A stretch of 64,000 nt of DNA from Spirochaetota bacterium (GTDB taxonomy: Bacteria > Spirochaetota > UBA4802 > JAFGDQ01). Position 1 is the first letter of the stretch, and every line of letters begins with the position of its first letter. A program made the translations under genes and the position numbers. Location: the NCBI GenBank assembly GCA_016934735.1, contig JAFGSG010000110.1:1457-65456 (forward strand), written 5' to 3'. The notes below the pieces were generated by a model. The model saw only the letters and a program-made list of their open reading frames with translations, ran no database searches and was not told the DNA's origin. This document shows positions 1 to 10,504 of the stretch, in pieces.

Positions 1-1932
1 ATAATCTGTTATGCCGTCGACTTCGCCTCTGGCGTAGCAATTGTATATTGAACCAGATTCAACAGAGCCTGCAAAACCGCCCAACAGACCTCCGCCGAAT
101 ACATTGCCTGATGCAAAACATTGTTCAATAGCTCCGCTGGATATATGACCTGCAAGGCCGCCTCCCCACTGATTGGCAGCGGTTACCTTTCCTGTAGCAA
201 ATGAAAATGTAACAGAAGCAGAACCGCTGTTGAATCCCACGAGGCCTCCGGCAGAAGAATATCCCTCTACTATTCCGGTTGCATATGAATTATTTATAGT
301 ACCCCCTGAACCGTAGTTCCATCCGACCAGGCCGCCTGCGCAGTAATAACCATTAACGTTTCCAGTAGCATGACAATTATCTATAGTACCTATGTAATTC
401 CGCCCGACTAGCCCGCCGGCATGATTATGATTAGCCACTGCAGCGTTTATATTGCCGGTGGCATAAGAGTTGAGAATCGTGTCATAATTCTGTCCGGAAA
501 GGCCCCCGACATAAGTGGCAGTTGATGAAGATGCAGTAATTTCCGCAGCTGAGCTGCAGTTGTCTATTGTTCCTCCATTAAAACCGACAAGTCCTCCGAT
601 GTTTTCTGAACTTCCGGTGACAGTTCCGTAGCCGGGCAATGTAACTGTAACAGAGCATCCTTCTATAGTTCCGCTATTGTACCCTGCAACAGTGCCCAGA
701 TAACCTGTTCCATTAACATTGGGATCCAGCAGAATAAGATTTCTTACCATGCCGGAGACATTCCCGAAAAGGGCAAGATACCATGTTGAATCGGATACTG
801 TCATATTGCTTATTGTATGGCCGTTTCCTTCAAAATTGCCGGAGAAAACAATTATGTCATCTCCAATAGGAGGCCAGTCCCCTGAATTATAAGTGCTGAG
901 ATCAATGTCTGCCATAAGATAATAAGTATCGCTTATATCCCAGCCTGCATACACTCCTCCCCGGACGGCATTAAGGTCATCGGCTGTATAAATGAAATGG
1001 CCTGCTATGGTCGCGCTTGCAGGGGTGGTAATGCTGAGACTTATGCCGGGGGATGTGTTGGCCAGAGAATCCGTAACTATTATTGTGATATCATACGTTG
1101 TGCCGGGTGAAAGGCCTGAAATCGTATAGGTCAAATCTCCCGGAGATGCGTTATAATTACCGTTCGGCCCGCCGGTCCATGATATTTCTATAAAGTCGAA
1201 ACCGGCAACAGGATCGGTCCATGTTAAGGTGATTGCCGCTGAGCTGTCTGCAGTAAGCGAAGTTAAAGTAACATCGGGTAATGTGACCGGCGTGGTTGTT
1301 GTAAGAGTGGTTATAATTCCGGGGGATGTATTGCCGAAAGAATCAGTGACTGTTATTGTAATAGTATATGTTGTGCTGTCTGCAAGCCCGGTAATCGTGT
1401 AAGTCTGAACTGAGGGCATAGCCGTGTCAATCCATGAAAAAACGCCGTCAGTCCATGTAATCTCTATTACGTTAAATGCTGCCGCAGGATCTATCCAGTT
1501 CAGCACAATAAAATCATTGCCTGCAGTGTAGGTAATTGAATTAATATCAGGCAATGTAACAGGAGAAGTTGTTGTAATGGTTGCTGTGATTCCCGGGGAT
1601 GTATTGCCGGTTGAATCAGTTACTCTTACGATTAAAGTATAGGCAGTGCTTTCAGTAAGCCCGGTAATCGTGTAATTCTGAACCGAGGGCATGACCGTGT
1701 CAATCGATGACATAATGCCGTCAGTCCAGGTAATCTCTATTGCATCAAAAGATACTGCAGGATCAATCCAGCTCATCATAATAAATTCGTTGCCTGAGGA
1801 ATAGGTGGCTGAATTAACATCCGGTAATACCGGATTGTGATTCGAATATTTATTTTCCCATAAATCCTTCCGGTTGCACGCGCAGAAAATAGAAAAGAGT
1901 AATATTATCGCTGCTAAAATTCTTTTTTTCAT
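1..1932 (-). CDS. Surface lipoprotein with three FN3-like repeats followed by GLUG-motif repeats (partial, runs off window start)
   Basis: Not in the ORF track; translated by hand. ATG at 1932 gives MKKRILAAIILLFSIFCACNRKD (signal peptide + lipobox Cys). Three ~90-aa repeats follow (PV(T)LPDV...W.DP...I.W...YTI.GL...T.Y), then repeated GGLVG.N..GTI.N.YATG.V (GLUG-like). The frame is open to base 1. Confidence 0.85.
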   Translation of the reverse strand, partial: MKKRILAAIILLFSIFCACNRKDLWENKYSNHNPVLPDVNSATYSSGNEFIMMSWIDPAVSFDAIEITWTDGIMSSIDTVMPSVQNYTITGLTESTAYTLIVRVTDSTGNTSPGITATITTTSPVTLPDINSITYTAGNDFIVLNWIDPAAAFNVIEITWTDGVFSWIDTAMPSVQTYTITGLADSTTYTITITVTDSFGNTSPGIITTLTTTTPVTLPDVTLTSLTADSSAAITLTWTDPVAGFDFIEISWTGGPNGNYNASPGDLTYTISGLSPGTTYDITIIVTDSLANTSPGISLSITTPASATIAGHFIYTADDLNAVRGGVYAGWDISDTYYLMADIDLSTYNSGDWPPIGDDIIVFSGNFEGNGHTISNMTVSDSTWYLALFGNVSGMVRNLILLDPNVNGTGYLGTVAGYNSGTIEGCSVTVTLPGYGTVTGSSENIGGLVGFNGGTIDNCSSAAEITASSSTATYVGGLSGQNYDTILNSYATGNINAAVANHNHAGGLVGRNYIGTIDNCHATGNVNGYYCAGGLVGWNYGSGGTINNSYATGIVEGYSSAGGLVGFNSGSASVTFSFATGKVTAANQWGGGLAGHISSGAIEQCFASGNVFGGGLLGGFAGSVESGSIYNCYARGEVDGITDY

Positions 1933-2337
1933 AGAAAATCTTATAACCTTTTATGTGTATAGATGCGGCCTGTCGAAAATGCAAAGGACAGACTTCATTC
2001 ATAAATTCCCAATGGGAATCGATATGTTTTTTTTAATTTATGCTTGTTACAACAGTTTTTAAGATACGAATTAAGCCCGGTATAACATTAAATGCATACT
2101 TGTAAAGAGTGGTAAAAGGCATTATTTAGTGCCCAGTATAAATTATAAATATTTATTTAGATAGTCAACTATTTCGGATGAAAAATATGAAAATAATATT
2201 GATTTCCGGCAATTGCTGACTTATTTAACAAAGGCAAATCATCTGCTGCTATATGGATTTCTCATTGACAGGGATGTTGACAGTGTTAAGTATGTTTTTT
2301 CGATAATTTTATCTATTCTTATCTCATCTTTTTAATT

Positions 2338-5300
2338 ATGATCTTAAATCCGGTATCACAAATATTCGAAAAGGCCGGAGAAGCGGCAGAGCTTTTCAAA
2401 GATATTAAAAGCAATAAAAAGGTATCTATAGAAGGCATAACAGCTTCTTCGTTCTCTCTCATTATCTCAGCCGTTTACGGCAGACATCCTGAGCAGATGC
2501 TTGTAGTGGCAAAGAATCCGCAGACAATGCAGGAGGTGTACCTCGATCTTTCGTGTTATCTGGAACCCGACGACCTCGTCATGCTTCCTCCGTGGGAAAC
2601 ACTGCCTTACGAATTCGTTTCGCCATCGGAGCGTGTTGAGCGCGAGCGCATATCCGCGATCTATAAAATACTGAAAGGCGATCCGATCGTGGTGGTTACC
2701 ACGGTAGAGTCGCTTATACGTACAGTCCCCAATAAAGACTTCCTCTTAAAAAAAGGCATAACTCTGAAAGCAGGAGAAGAATATTCGTTTGATGATATTC
2801 TGGAGCTTCTTGTCAGCTACGGATATTCGCGCGAGTACAAGGTGGAATCATTCGGGCAGTTCTCGCAGAAAGGCGGCATCATTGACGTGTTCCTCTCATC
2901 ATACCAAAGCCCCTTAAGGCTCGATTTTTTCGGAGACACTCTTGAAACAATAAGGGAGTTCGATGTTGAGAGCCAGATATCATACTCGGGAATTGATTCG
3001 GCAACAATTTATCCCCGCAGGGAGCTTATACTTTTTAAAAGCGAAAGGGAATTGCTGTTAAATAAACTTTTGGAACTTAAAAAGAAAAAGCAGGAGATAC
3101 CTGACAGGGTGATTGAGTACCTGCAGAAAGGGGACAATATTGCGGAGATATCAGGGCTTGAGGATATCTTTCCTCTGGTAATTGAACCTGATACTATTTC
3201 ATCCTACTTTAATAAAACGCACAAAGTGTTTTATATCGAGACATTCGACTTGCTCACGGAGAAAGACCGCATTGCTCATATATTCAGCGAGCTGTATAAA
3301 AAGAAGTCCACGGAATTTTTTACTCTTGAACCGGGAAAGCTTCTCCATCAGCAGGCATTCGACGATGCGAGAAATGATTCAGTTGAGCTCAAGGTATTCA
3401 CAACTTCCGCTGATACGATCAGGATCAACATTAAGGGCATTCCCGGCTTTCACGGAAAGATAAAAAATGTCCGGGAGGAACTATCAAAAAAAATAGAAGA
3501 TAAATGGAAGATAATCATTTGTACGCAGTTCGAAGGTCAGGCAAGAAGGCTCTACGACCTGTTCGGGGAATTCGGGCCGAATGATAAATTTGAAGCAATG
3601 GTTCCTGATAATCCGCTGAATATTTTAATTACCCCGCTTAAGGCCGGATTTGAGATAGAATCGTTGAAGATACTCGTGTTGACAGACCATGATATTTTCG
3701 GCAAAGCGTACAGAAAGAAAAAGCAGTTCAAGAAGAAATCATCCAAACCGATCGCTTCGTTCCTGGATCTTAAGCCCGGGGACTATGTTGTGCACCTGAA
3801 TCACGGAATAGGTGTTTTCAAAGGCATTGAAAGAATGTCGGCAGGCGGTGTTGAAAGGGACTTCCTGATAATCAACTATGCGGACGAAGACAAGCTGTAC
3901 GTATCCCTTGACCAGATAAACATGGTTCAGCGCTATGTAGGGCTTGACGGCAAAACCCCGCGCCTGGACTCTCTTGGCAAAAAGTCGGCGTGGAACAGGA
4001 TACGCGATAAAGTTAAGGAGTCCGTAGAAGAGATCGCGAAGGATCTTATTGAGATATATTCAAAGAGGCAGGCGCTCCGCGGCTTTCCGTTCCCGCCTGA
4101 TACCATGTGGCAGGAGGAATTCGAGTCCAAGTTTGAGTACGAAGAGACGCAGGATCAGATTACAGCGATTGAGGATGTAAAGGACGACATGGAATCCCAG
4201 CAGCCCATGGAAAGGCTGATATGCGGAGACGTGGGATTCGGCAAAACCGAGGTCGCGATCCGGGCAGCTTTTAAGGCTGTAATGGCAGGCAAGCAGGTTG
4301 CTGTGCTGGTGCCCACAACCGTGCTTGCAATGCAGCACTTCAGGACCTTTAAAAAAAGATTTTCGGATTATCCGGTGAACATTGACCTGATCTCCAGGCT
4401 CAGGACAAGAACAGAGATCATCAATACAAAGGCCAGGCTCAGGGCCGGCGAAGTGGATATTGCGATAGGCACGCACGCGATTCTGGCAAAGGACATTCTG
4501 TTCAAGAACCTCGGCCTCCTTGTTATAGACGAAGAGCAGAGATTCGGGGTTCAGCACAAGGAGCGCCTTAAAAAGCTCCGCATGCTCGTGGATGTGCTCA
4601 CACTCTCTGCCACACCGATCCCGCGCACGCTTCACATGGCTCTCGCCGGCATACGAGAGCTTTCGATGATCACAACGCCGCCTGAGAACAGGCAGGCGAT
4701 CGACACGTACGTGCTGGAGGAGAATCCCGACATTACACGGATGGCCATCCTTAACGAGATAGAGCGCGGGGGGCAGGTCTTCTTTGTGCACAACCGGGTG
4801 CAGACGATCGAAGGAGTTGCAGAGAGCCTGCGCCTCCTGGTGCCGGAGGCGACATTCCGCACCGCGCACGGGCAGATGCACGAGCACGAGCTCGAGGACA
4901 TTATCATTGATTTTGTAGACGGCAAGTTCGACTGCCTTGTGAGCACATCCATAATCGAGTCCGGGCTCGATATGCCTAATGTGAATACCATTATCATCAA
5001 CAGGGCGGAAACCTTCGGGCTTTCCCAGCTTTACCAGCTGAAGGGCAGGGTAGGCCGCTCGAACGTAAAGGCCTATGCTTATCTCTTCTATCCAAGGCAT
5101 ATCCCGCTTACGGAGATACAGCAGAAGCGTTTGCAGGTAATCTCCGAGTATTCGGAGATCGGGAGCGGGTTCAAAATAGCGATGAAGGACCTCGAGATAC
5201 GCGGATCTGGAAACATACTCGGGCGCGAGCAGTCCGGGAACATCATGGAGGTCGGGTTCGACCTGTACTGCCAGATGCTGGAGGATTCAGTACGTAAGCT

Positions 5301-5781
5301 TAAAGGCCAGAAGCCGGTTTCATTATTCCGCACTCCTGTATTCTTAAAGACCAACTTTTATATTCCGGAATCATACATAACAGATGAAAAGCAGAAGATA
5401 GAATTTTACAAGAGATTCGAAGCATGCGAACTAGTCGAAGAGGTAGCTCAGCTTGAACAGGAGCTTCTGGACAGATTCGGCCCCCTGCCTGACGAAGTAA
5501 AGATACTGGTTGAGCTTGAAAAGATCCGTGCGCTTGCATCTTCGCTTGAAATTGAAGAGGTCATTGAAGATTCCAGGGCAATTAAAATAAGAATGTCGAA
5601 AAATACGCGAATTGATCCCGGGAAAATCGTTTCCATCATACAAAAAGACAAAAGGCTTTCTTTTGACCGCAAAGAAAAAGATATTTTAATCTTTAAACCA
5701 AAGGCAGATAAGGAAGAAAAAAGGCTCGAAGAAGTAAAAAAATGGTTGCAACAAATATCCGTGCCTAATAACACCAACTAA
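2338..5781 (+). CDS. mfd: Transcription-repair coupling factor
   Basis: 1147 aa. UvrB-like N-terminus (LPPWETLPYE, RVERERI), CarD/RID domain (GDYVVHLNHGIG), SF2 motifs GDVGFGKTEV, DEEQRFG, TLSATPIPRTL, QLKGRVGR and a C-terminal TRCF domain. Confidence 0.97.
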   Translation: MILNPVSQIFEKAGEAAELFKDIKSNKKVSIEGITASSFSLIISAVYGRHPEQMLVVAKNPQTMQEVYLDLSCYLEPDDLVMLPPWETLPYEFVSPSERVERERISAIYKILKGDPIVVVTTVESLIRTVPNKDFLLKKGITLKAGEEYSFDDILELLVSYGYSREYKVESFGQFSQKGGIIDVFLSSYQSPLRLDFFGDTLETIREFDVESQISYSGIDSATIYPRRELILFKSERELLLNKLLELKKKKQEIPDRVIEYLQKGDNIAEISGLEDIFPLVIEPDTISSYFNKTHKVFYIETFDLLTEKDRIAHIFSELYKKKSTEFFTLEPGKLLHQQAFDDARNDSVELKVFTTSADTIRINIKGIPGFHGKIKNVREELSKKIEDKWKIIICTQFEGQARRLYDLFGEFGPNDKFEAMVPDNPLNILITPLKAGFEIESLKILVLTDHDIFGKAYRKKKQFKKKSSKPIASFLDLKPGDYVVHLNHGIGVFKGIERMSAGGVERDFLIINYADEDKLYVSLDQINMVQRYVGLDGKTPRLDSLGKKSAWNRIRDKVKESVEEIAKDLIEIYSKRQALRGFPFPPDTMWQEEFESKFEYEETQDQITAIEDVKDDMESQQPMERLICGDVGFGKTEVAIRAAFKAVMAGKQVAVLVPTTVLAMQHFRTFKKRFSDYPVNIDLISRLRTRTEIINTKARLRAGEVDIAIGTHAILAKDILFKNLGLLVIDEEQRFGVQHKERLKKLRMLVDVLTLSATPIPRTLHMALAGIRELSMITTPPENRQAIDTYVLEENPDITRMAILNEIERGGQVFFVHNRVQTIEGVAESLRLLVPEATFRTAHGQMHEHELEDIIIDFVDGKFDCLVSTSIIESGLDMPNVNTIIINRAETFGLSQLYQLKGRVGRSNVKAYAYLFYPRHIPLTEIQQKRLQVISEYSEIGSGFKIAMKDLEIRGSGNILGREQSGNIMEVGFDLYCQMLEDSVRKLKGQKPVSLFRTPVFLKTNFYIPESYITDEKQKIEFYKRFEACELVEEVAQLEQELLDRFGPLPDEVKILVELEKIRALASSLEIEEVIEDSRAIKIRMSKNTRIDPGKIVSIIQKDKRLSFDRKEKDILIFKPKADKEEKRLEEVKKWLQQISVPNNTN

Positions 5782-5818
5782 AATCTGAAACTAAAATAAT
5801 ATTAAAGGATAGTGTGAA

Positions 5819-6502
5819 ATGAACATTAAAAAATATTCAATTGTGCTTTGTGTTGTTATTATTGCGGCTTTTATTATGTTGTCATGCGGCGGCGATGATA
5901 ATAAATGGATAGCCAAAATAAAAGGCGATGAAATTACCCTGGGTGAGTTGAACGCTCTTTATTATGCACAGCAGAAATCGATGTACAATGATGCTACAAA
6001 TGCTGAAATTGACAGACGCGCTGCAGATGCACAGGAAGTGGCGAAAAATCCGACTCTCGATAAAAAGGAATTTCTTGAAAACGTGGTCAGACAGAGGCTC
6101 GTTTATAATAAAGCTATTGAAGAGGGAGTCCATAAGAACAGGGAAGCCGAAGCGCTGATACAGATGGCAAAGGAAGCGGTTGTAGTAGGATACTTTATTA
6201 AAGAGAAATTCAAGGATCAGATTGAAGTAAGCGACCAGGAAATCGCGAAGATATATTCTGAGCAGAGAGCAAGATTTAAGGGCGCTCCTGTCGACGAAGC
6301 GGAAAAGTATATCCGCCAGCAGATGATGCAGCAGAAGCTTCAGGTGAAATTAAGGGAATTGGTCGAGACACTGAAAGAGGAAGGCGGCATTAAACGTAAT
6401 CTGGATTTACTGGAGAAAAAAGATGCTGCTAAAATGGATGAAAATGAGCCAGCTTCTGATAAAACGTCAAAAGAAGCCGTTAAAGCAGAATCCGGTAAAT
6501 AA
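5819..6502 (+). CDS. LipL31-like / SurA-N-terminal-like lipoprotein
   Basis: Lipobox MLSC, then W(I)AKIKGDEITLGEL and helical LVYNKAIEEG...AVVVGYFIKE. Its position right after mfd matches my recollection of Leptospira lipL31 synteny. Confidence 0.7.
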   Translation: MNIKKYSIVLCVVIIAAFIMLSCGGDDNKWIAKIKGDEITLGELNALYYAQQKSMYNDATNAEIDRRAADAQEVAKNPTLDKKEFLENVVRQRLVYNKAIEEGVHKNREAEALIQMAKEAVVVGYFIKEKFKDQIEVSDQEIAKIYSEQRARFKGAPVDEAEKYIRQQMMQQKLQVKLRELVETLKEEGGIKRNLDLLEKKDAAKMDENEPASDKTSKEAVKAESGK

Positions 6503-6520
6503 ATAAGTATAAAACCATAT

Positions 6521-6550
6521 AAAGGGCGGGCATATGTCTGCCCTTTTTTT
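6521..6550 (+). terminator. Rho-independent terminator after the mfd-lipoprotein operon
   Basis: AAAGGGCGGGC-ATAT-GTCTGCCCTTT stem (with G-U pairs) followed by a T run. Confidence 0.8.
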
Positions 6551-6562
6551 GTTTTCAAAGCC

Positions 6563-6610
6563 TTGAAACCTGATACCCCGCTTGCGCCGAAAGCGGAATC
6601 CGGCGCGGCA
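6563..6610. repeat. Short palindromic intergenic element, copy A (related to 50642-50670)
   Basis: TTGAAACCTGATACCCCGCTTGCGCCGAA matches 50642-50670 at 25/29 nt; internal GCGCCG...CGGCGC inverted repeat. Confidence 0.55.
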
Positions 6611-6649
6611 TGCACTTTAGAAAATCAATATTTTTAAAAATAACAATTT

Positions 6650-7327
6650 TTGATTGAAGAGAAATTAAATAATAATATTGAGTATATAGAAGAATGGGAC
6701 TGGGAAAAAGCTGTGCCAGCAGGCAGGGCAGTAGCCAGACACAAAGCCCATAAGGAAGGCATTGCCCATGAAGGAGTTCATCTGTGGGTGTTAAGATTGA
6801 CGGATAAACCCGAAATTCTGTTCCAGCACAGGGCAAAAACAAAGGATATGTATCCTGACTGCCTTGATATCACTGTTGGCGGACATGTTCCTTTCGGAAT
6901 TAAAGAGAATAAAATACAGAAAGAATCATTCGAAGAGATCGGCATATCTCCGCGCAATGACGAGCTTATAGATCTTGGTTATTACAGATATGAAGAAATA
7001 GCTGATGAACTGTACCATCGTGAGTTCCAGCATGTGTTTCTCTGTGTGGATAACAGGCCGCTGAATCAGTATAATTTTACGGACGGCGAAGTGGATGGTA
7101 TATTTGCAGTAAGATTAAAAGATCTCGAATTACTTATGCAAAGTGACATTTCATTTCCAATAGAAGGATATGAAGAAAAATCTCTCATTGAAAGAGAAGT
7201 TTCCAGAAAAGATTTTCATCCGCTTTTATTTGCGGAATCAATGAAAGAGTACATGAAAGTAATAATTCAGGCATGTAAAGAAATTGCCGTTAACGGCTCT
7301 GTAAGCACCAGGATGCCGGATTTATGA
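6650..7327 (+). CDS. Nudix hydrolase / type-1 IPP isomerase-like protein
   Basis: AHKEGIAHEGVHLW, ILFQHRAKTKDMYPDCLDITVGGHV, KESFEEIGI, HREFQHVF; TTG start. Confidence 0.8.
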   Translation: MIEEKLNNNIEYIEEWDWEKAVPAGRAVARHKAHKEGIAHEGVHLWVLRLTDKPEILFQHRAKTKDMYPDCLDITVGGHVPFGIKENKIQKESFEEIGISPRNDELIDLGYYRYEEIADELYHREFQHVFLCVDNRPLNQYNFTDGEVDGIFAVRLKDLELLMQSDISFPIEGYEEKSLIEREVSRKDFHPLLFAESMKEYMKVIIQACKEIAVNGSVSTRMPDL

Positions 7328-7360
7328 ATTACATTGCCGGCAAATGAATAAAAATATTTA

Positions 7361-7390
7361 TTGACTTTATGCTGATTTATCAACTATAGT
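7361..7390 (+). promoter_or_regulatory. Putative sigma70 promoter
   Basis: TTGACT-N18-TATAGT about 150 nt upstream of the 7541 start. Confidence 0.45.
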
Positions 7391-7540
7391 AAAAATCAAA
7401 AATCGATAGTATTAGCGGATCGATTTTTAGTAATAATGTTAATATCATTTTTCGGTAAATTGATTTAAATCAATTTTATAAAAAACTCAATCAACTTGAG
7501 TAATTTAGAAAACAGTAGTCCATATTCAGGAGGAATAAAG

Positions 7541-8119
7541 ATGAAAAAGCTTTCATTATTAATTTCACTCGCTGTTATAATTACGGCAATTTCAGCATGC
7601 GGCGGCGGAACTCAGTACAGGGATCCTTCAAAGGATAAGGGATCAATGGAATTCGGGCCTAAGGAAATTAAAATGACTGTCAATAAGATGGTCGGTTCAA
7701 TGTATGATTTTCTGAAAAATGAATGGAAACAGCCTGCTTTCCTGCAGGTCCAAAGATTCAGGAATAAAACATCAGAACATATTGATACTCAGATGATAAC
7801 GAATGAAATTGCGACCAATCTATTGAAAAAGAGAATTTATTTTATTGATGATACATTAACCCAGGAAGCATTAAAAGAAATGGAGCAGGGTATGACAGGG
7901 CTTATAGATCCTGATGCCGCCATACCCGTCGGCCAGGCAAAATCCCCGAATATGTATCTTTCCGGCGATATAATTGACAATGTCAGGACAGTTGGCGGAA
8001 AAAGACTTCAGTATATGGTCATTACTTTAAAATTATACAATCTTAAAACCAGAGTGGTGGAATGGCAGGAACAGCAGGAATTTCTTAAGGCCACATCAAA
8101 AAATAAATATTCTCTATAG
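7541..8119 (+). CDS. LpoB-family (PBP activator / CsgG-like) lipoprotein
   Basis: Start moved to ATG 7541 (AGGAGG RBS upstream). Lipobox ISAC; FRNKTSEHIDTQMITNEI, LSGDI, LKLYNLKTRVVEW. Confidence 0.75.
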   Translation: MKKLSLLISLAVIITAISACGGGTQYRDPSKDKGSMEFGPKEIKMTVNKMVGSMYDFLKNEWKQPAFLQVQRFRNKTSEHIDTQMITNEIATNLLKKRIYFIDDTLTQEALKEMEQGMTGLIDPDAAIPVGQAKSPNMYLSGDIIDNVRTVGGKRLQYMVITLKLYNLKTRVVEWQEQQEFLKATSKNKYSL

Positions 8120-8148
8120 GCAGAATATCATAGCAAAGGATCTTAATA

Positions 8149-9552
8149 ATGAGAAATCGTCTCTGCTCTATTATTGTCATTGCGTTTATATCATTAGTTA
8201 CCGCATGCACAACTGATTACAATACGCTTATAAAGGACTCTGAATCCGAATTCTATAAGAACAATTACATGTCAGCGGCAAAAAAGCTGCTTCCTTACAT
8301 CAATAAAGAAGACAAGAATCAGCTTCTTTTCATGATGGAGTGCGGACTAATGCTTCATGCAGCAGGCGAATATGAGAAAAGCAATACAATACTAATCGAT
8401 GCAGGGAAGCTGGCTGATAAAATTGCCACAAGCATAAGCAAGGAAGCCGCGGCTCTTCTGCTTAATGAAACGCAGACAAATTACAAGGGCGAAGATTTCG
8501 AACGCGTTTTAATACACATGTATACAGGAATAAACTTCCTAATGCTGAACAATCCCGACAACGCGCGTGTTTCTTTTAAGAAAGTGAATGACATGCTTAG
8601 AGAGATCAATGTCACCGGCGGTAAAACATACAAGCAGAACATTATGGCCAAGTACCTTACAGCGATTGCTTTTGAACTGACAGCTGACATGAATAAAGAT
8701 GAAAACGACACTGAATTTGCCTATATCGAATACAAGCAGATACATGAACTTGCTCCGAAACTGGAATTAGTATATGACGACCTGCAAAGACTGGCCTACA
8801 AACTCGGAGATAAAGAAGAATATAACAAATGGGTTTCGAAATTCGGGAAGAGGTACAATGTCCCGAAAAATTCCGGAGAACTTATTATTTTCTATCATGC
8901 AGGCAGAGGCGCTGTTAAAGCAAGCAGAGGAAATCTTTTAAAAGATTCAAAAATGAAAACAGGCATCACTGTTTCACTCGGATCCATGCCGTTAAAGACA
9001 GGAGTGACAGTAGGCGCAGCTTTAATCGCTCTTAATGTAGCCGAACATCCCATACCTGTATTTAAAAAACGGTCAAATAAAATCAGACAACTGGAAATTG
9101 ATATAAACGGAAAAAAAACAGCCGGTACAGTATTGCTGGAAGATATTGAAAATACTGCTGTTAAAAATATGGAGGAGCAGTATTCCGGGATGTACATGAA
9201 AGTGGCAGCCGGCATTGCTGTTAAAGCTGCCGCATCTGTTGCAACCGGATTGGCTGCCAGGCAGGTTGCAAAAAGTTCAGGAAAGCAGGTTGGCCAGTTT
9301 GCAGGCATAATAGGCGCTATTGCCGGTGCAACTACAGGCGCTGCTCTTGCTTCGCAAATTAAACCCGATCTCAGATGCTGGCATACTTTGCCTGCCAATC
9401 TCCAGATTGGCAGGATGTTTCTCATGCCCGGAGTGTACGATATCACTGTTAAATATATCAACAACAATGGTACTGTAAGCGAAACCAGAACGAGTAAAAT
9501 TGAAATAAAAAATGGCGTGAAAACGTTTTTAAATTACAGGACAATATATTAA
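8149..9552 (+). CDS. TPR-like lipoprotein (COG3014-type), the usual partner of LpoB-like genes
   Basis: Lipobox VTAC; LFMMECGLMLH, YKGEDFERVLIH, PDLRCWHTLPANLQI. Confidence 0.75.
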   Translation: MRNRLCSIIVIAFISLVTACTTDYNTLIKDSESEFYKNNYMSAAKKLLPYINKEDKNQLLFMMECGLMLHAAGEYEKSNTILIDAGKLADKIATSISKEAAALLLNETQTNYKGEDFERVLIHMYTGINFLMLNNPDNARVSFKKVNDMLREINVTGGKTYKQNIMAKYLTAIAFELTADMNKDENDTEFAYIEYKQIHELAPKLELVYDDLQRLAYKLGDKEEYNKWVSKFGKRYNVPKNSGELIIFYHAGRGAVKASRGNLLKDSKMKTGITVSLGSMPLKTGVTVGAALIALNVAEHPIPVFKKRSNKIRQLEIDINGKKTAGTVLLEDIENTAVKNMEEQYSGMYMKVAAGIAVKAAASVATGLAARQVAKSSGKQVGQFAGIIGAIAGATTGAALASQIKPDLRCWHTLPANLQIGRMFLMPGVYDITVKYINNNGTVSETRTSKIEIKNGVKTFLNYRTIY

Positions 9553-9565
9553 GTTTACATAAAAT

Positions 9566-9595
9566 AAAACGCCGGGAGAGAATGCCCGGCGTTTT
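9566..9595. terminator. Bidirectional terminator between convergent genes
   Basis: AAAACGCCGGG-AGAGAATG-CCCGGCGTTTT perfect 11-bp stem. Confidence 0.85.
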
Positions 9596-9622
9596 GAGTG
9601 GTACTTCGATGTTGGCTCATCG

Positions 9623-10471
9623 TTATTTTAATAATTGCAGTACAGTCTGCGCTTTTGTATTGGCCTGCGCTAACATTGCCGCCGCTGACTGGGTCAGTAT
9701 CTGATAACGTATAAATGAAGACATCTGCTCAGCCATATCAGTGTCTCTTATGCGGCTTTCGGAGGCCTGAACGTTCTCATAAGCGTTCATAAGTTCTTTT
9801 GCAGCATGTCCCAGCCTGTTATAGTAGGCTCCGAGATCCGCTCTTTGTTTTGCTATGATATCCAACGCATGATCAGTAAGTCCAATTACCGAATTAGCCT
9901 TTCCGGGAGTTGATATTGAAATGAAAGTAAGTACAACCGGGTTTCTTAAACCTAAAGCGCCTGTTGTCATGGTTCCGATAAAGACTCTTTCCCTTTGATG
10001 CATATTCGGACCCATATGGAACCACATTGACGCGCTTGGGTTGATCCTGGAAAACGCGCCCTGGAGAACTTTCATTTTATTGAATTCCGCCTGGGAAGAT
10101 ACCCTGTCTATTTCATCTATAAGAGCTGATACTTCTACCTGTACAAGCTGTCTGTCACCCGCTTCATAAATTCCGTTTGACGTCTGAACTGCAAGCACGC
10201 GGATCCTCTGGATGATATCATGCAGTCCCTGAAGATATCCTTCCGCAGTCTGGATAAAAGACATTCCGTCTTCGGTATTCCTTTCAGCCTGTCTCAGGCC
10301 GCCGATCTGGCTTCTCATTTTTTCAGATACTGCCAGTCCTGATGCATCGTCACCGGCCCGGTTTATCCTCATTCCCGAAGATAATTTCTCTATATCCTGA
10401 GTAATATTCCAGTCATGAAATTTTAATGTTCTGTGAGCAAATATGGCGCTTGTATTATGATTTATAATCAT
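9623..10471 (-). CDS. flaB: Periplasmic flagellar core protein FlaB
   Basis: 282 aa; [45 protein letters not shown]. Confidence 0.97.
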   Translation of the reverse strand: MIINHNTSAIFAHRTLKFHDWNITQDIEKLSSGMRINRAGDDASGLAVSEKMRSQIGGLRQAERNTEDGMSFIQTAEGYLQGLHDIIQRIRVLAVQTSNGIYEAGDRQLVQVEVSALIDEIDRVSSQAEFNKMKVLQGAFSRINPSASMWFHMGPNMHQRERVFIGTMTTGALGLRNPVVLTFISISTPGKANSVIGLTDHALDIIAKQRADLGAYYNRLGHAAKELMNAYENVQASESRIRDTDMAEQMSSFIRYQILTQSAAAMLAQANTKAQTVLQLLK

Positions 10472-10472
10472 A

Positions 10473-10504
10473 ATTCCTCCTTGACACTATTGTCATCATC
10501 CCTG
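10473..10504 (-). promoter_or_regulatory. Putative CsrA-binding leader of flaB
   Basis: The minus strand reads CAGGGATG-ATGACAATAGTGTCA-AGGAGG-AATT-ATG. That is a CANGGAYG match, a TGACA/TGTCA hairpin and a GGA within the SD. Confidence 0.6.

Noticed and set aside
4060-5100. 346-aa antisense ORF as a real gene
   Set aside because: It lies wholly opposite the mfd helicase core. The local GC richness explains the lack of stops, and it has no recognisable motifs.
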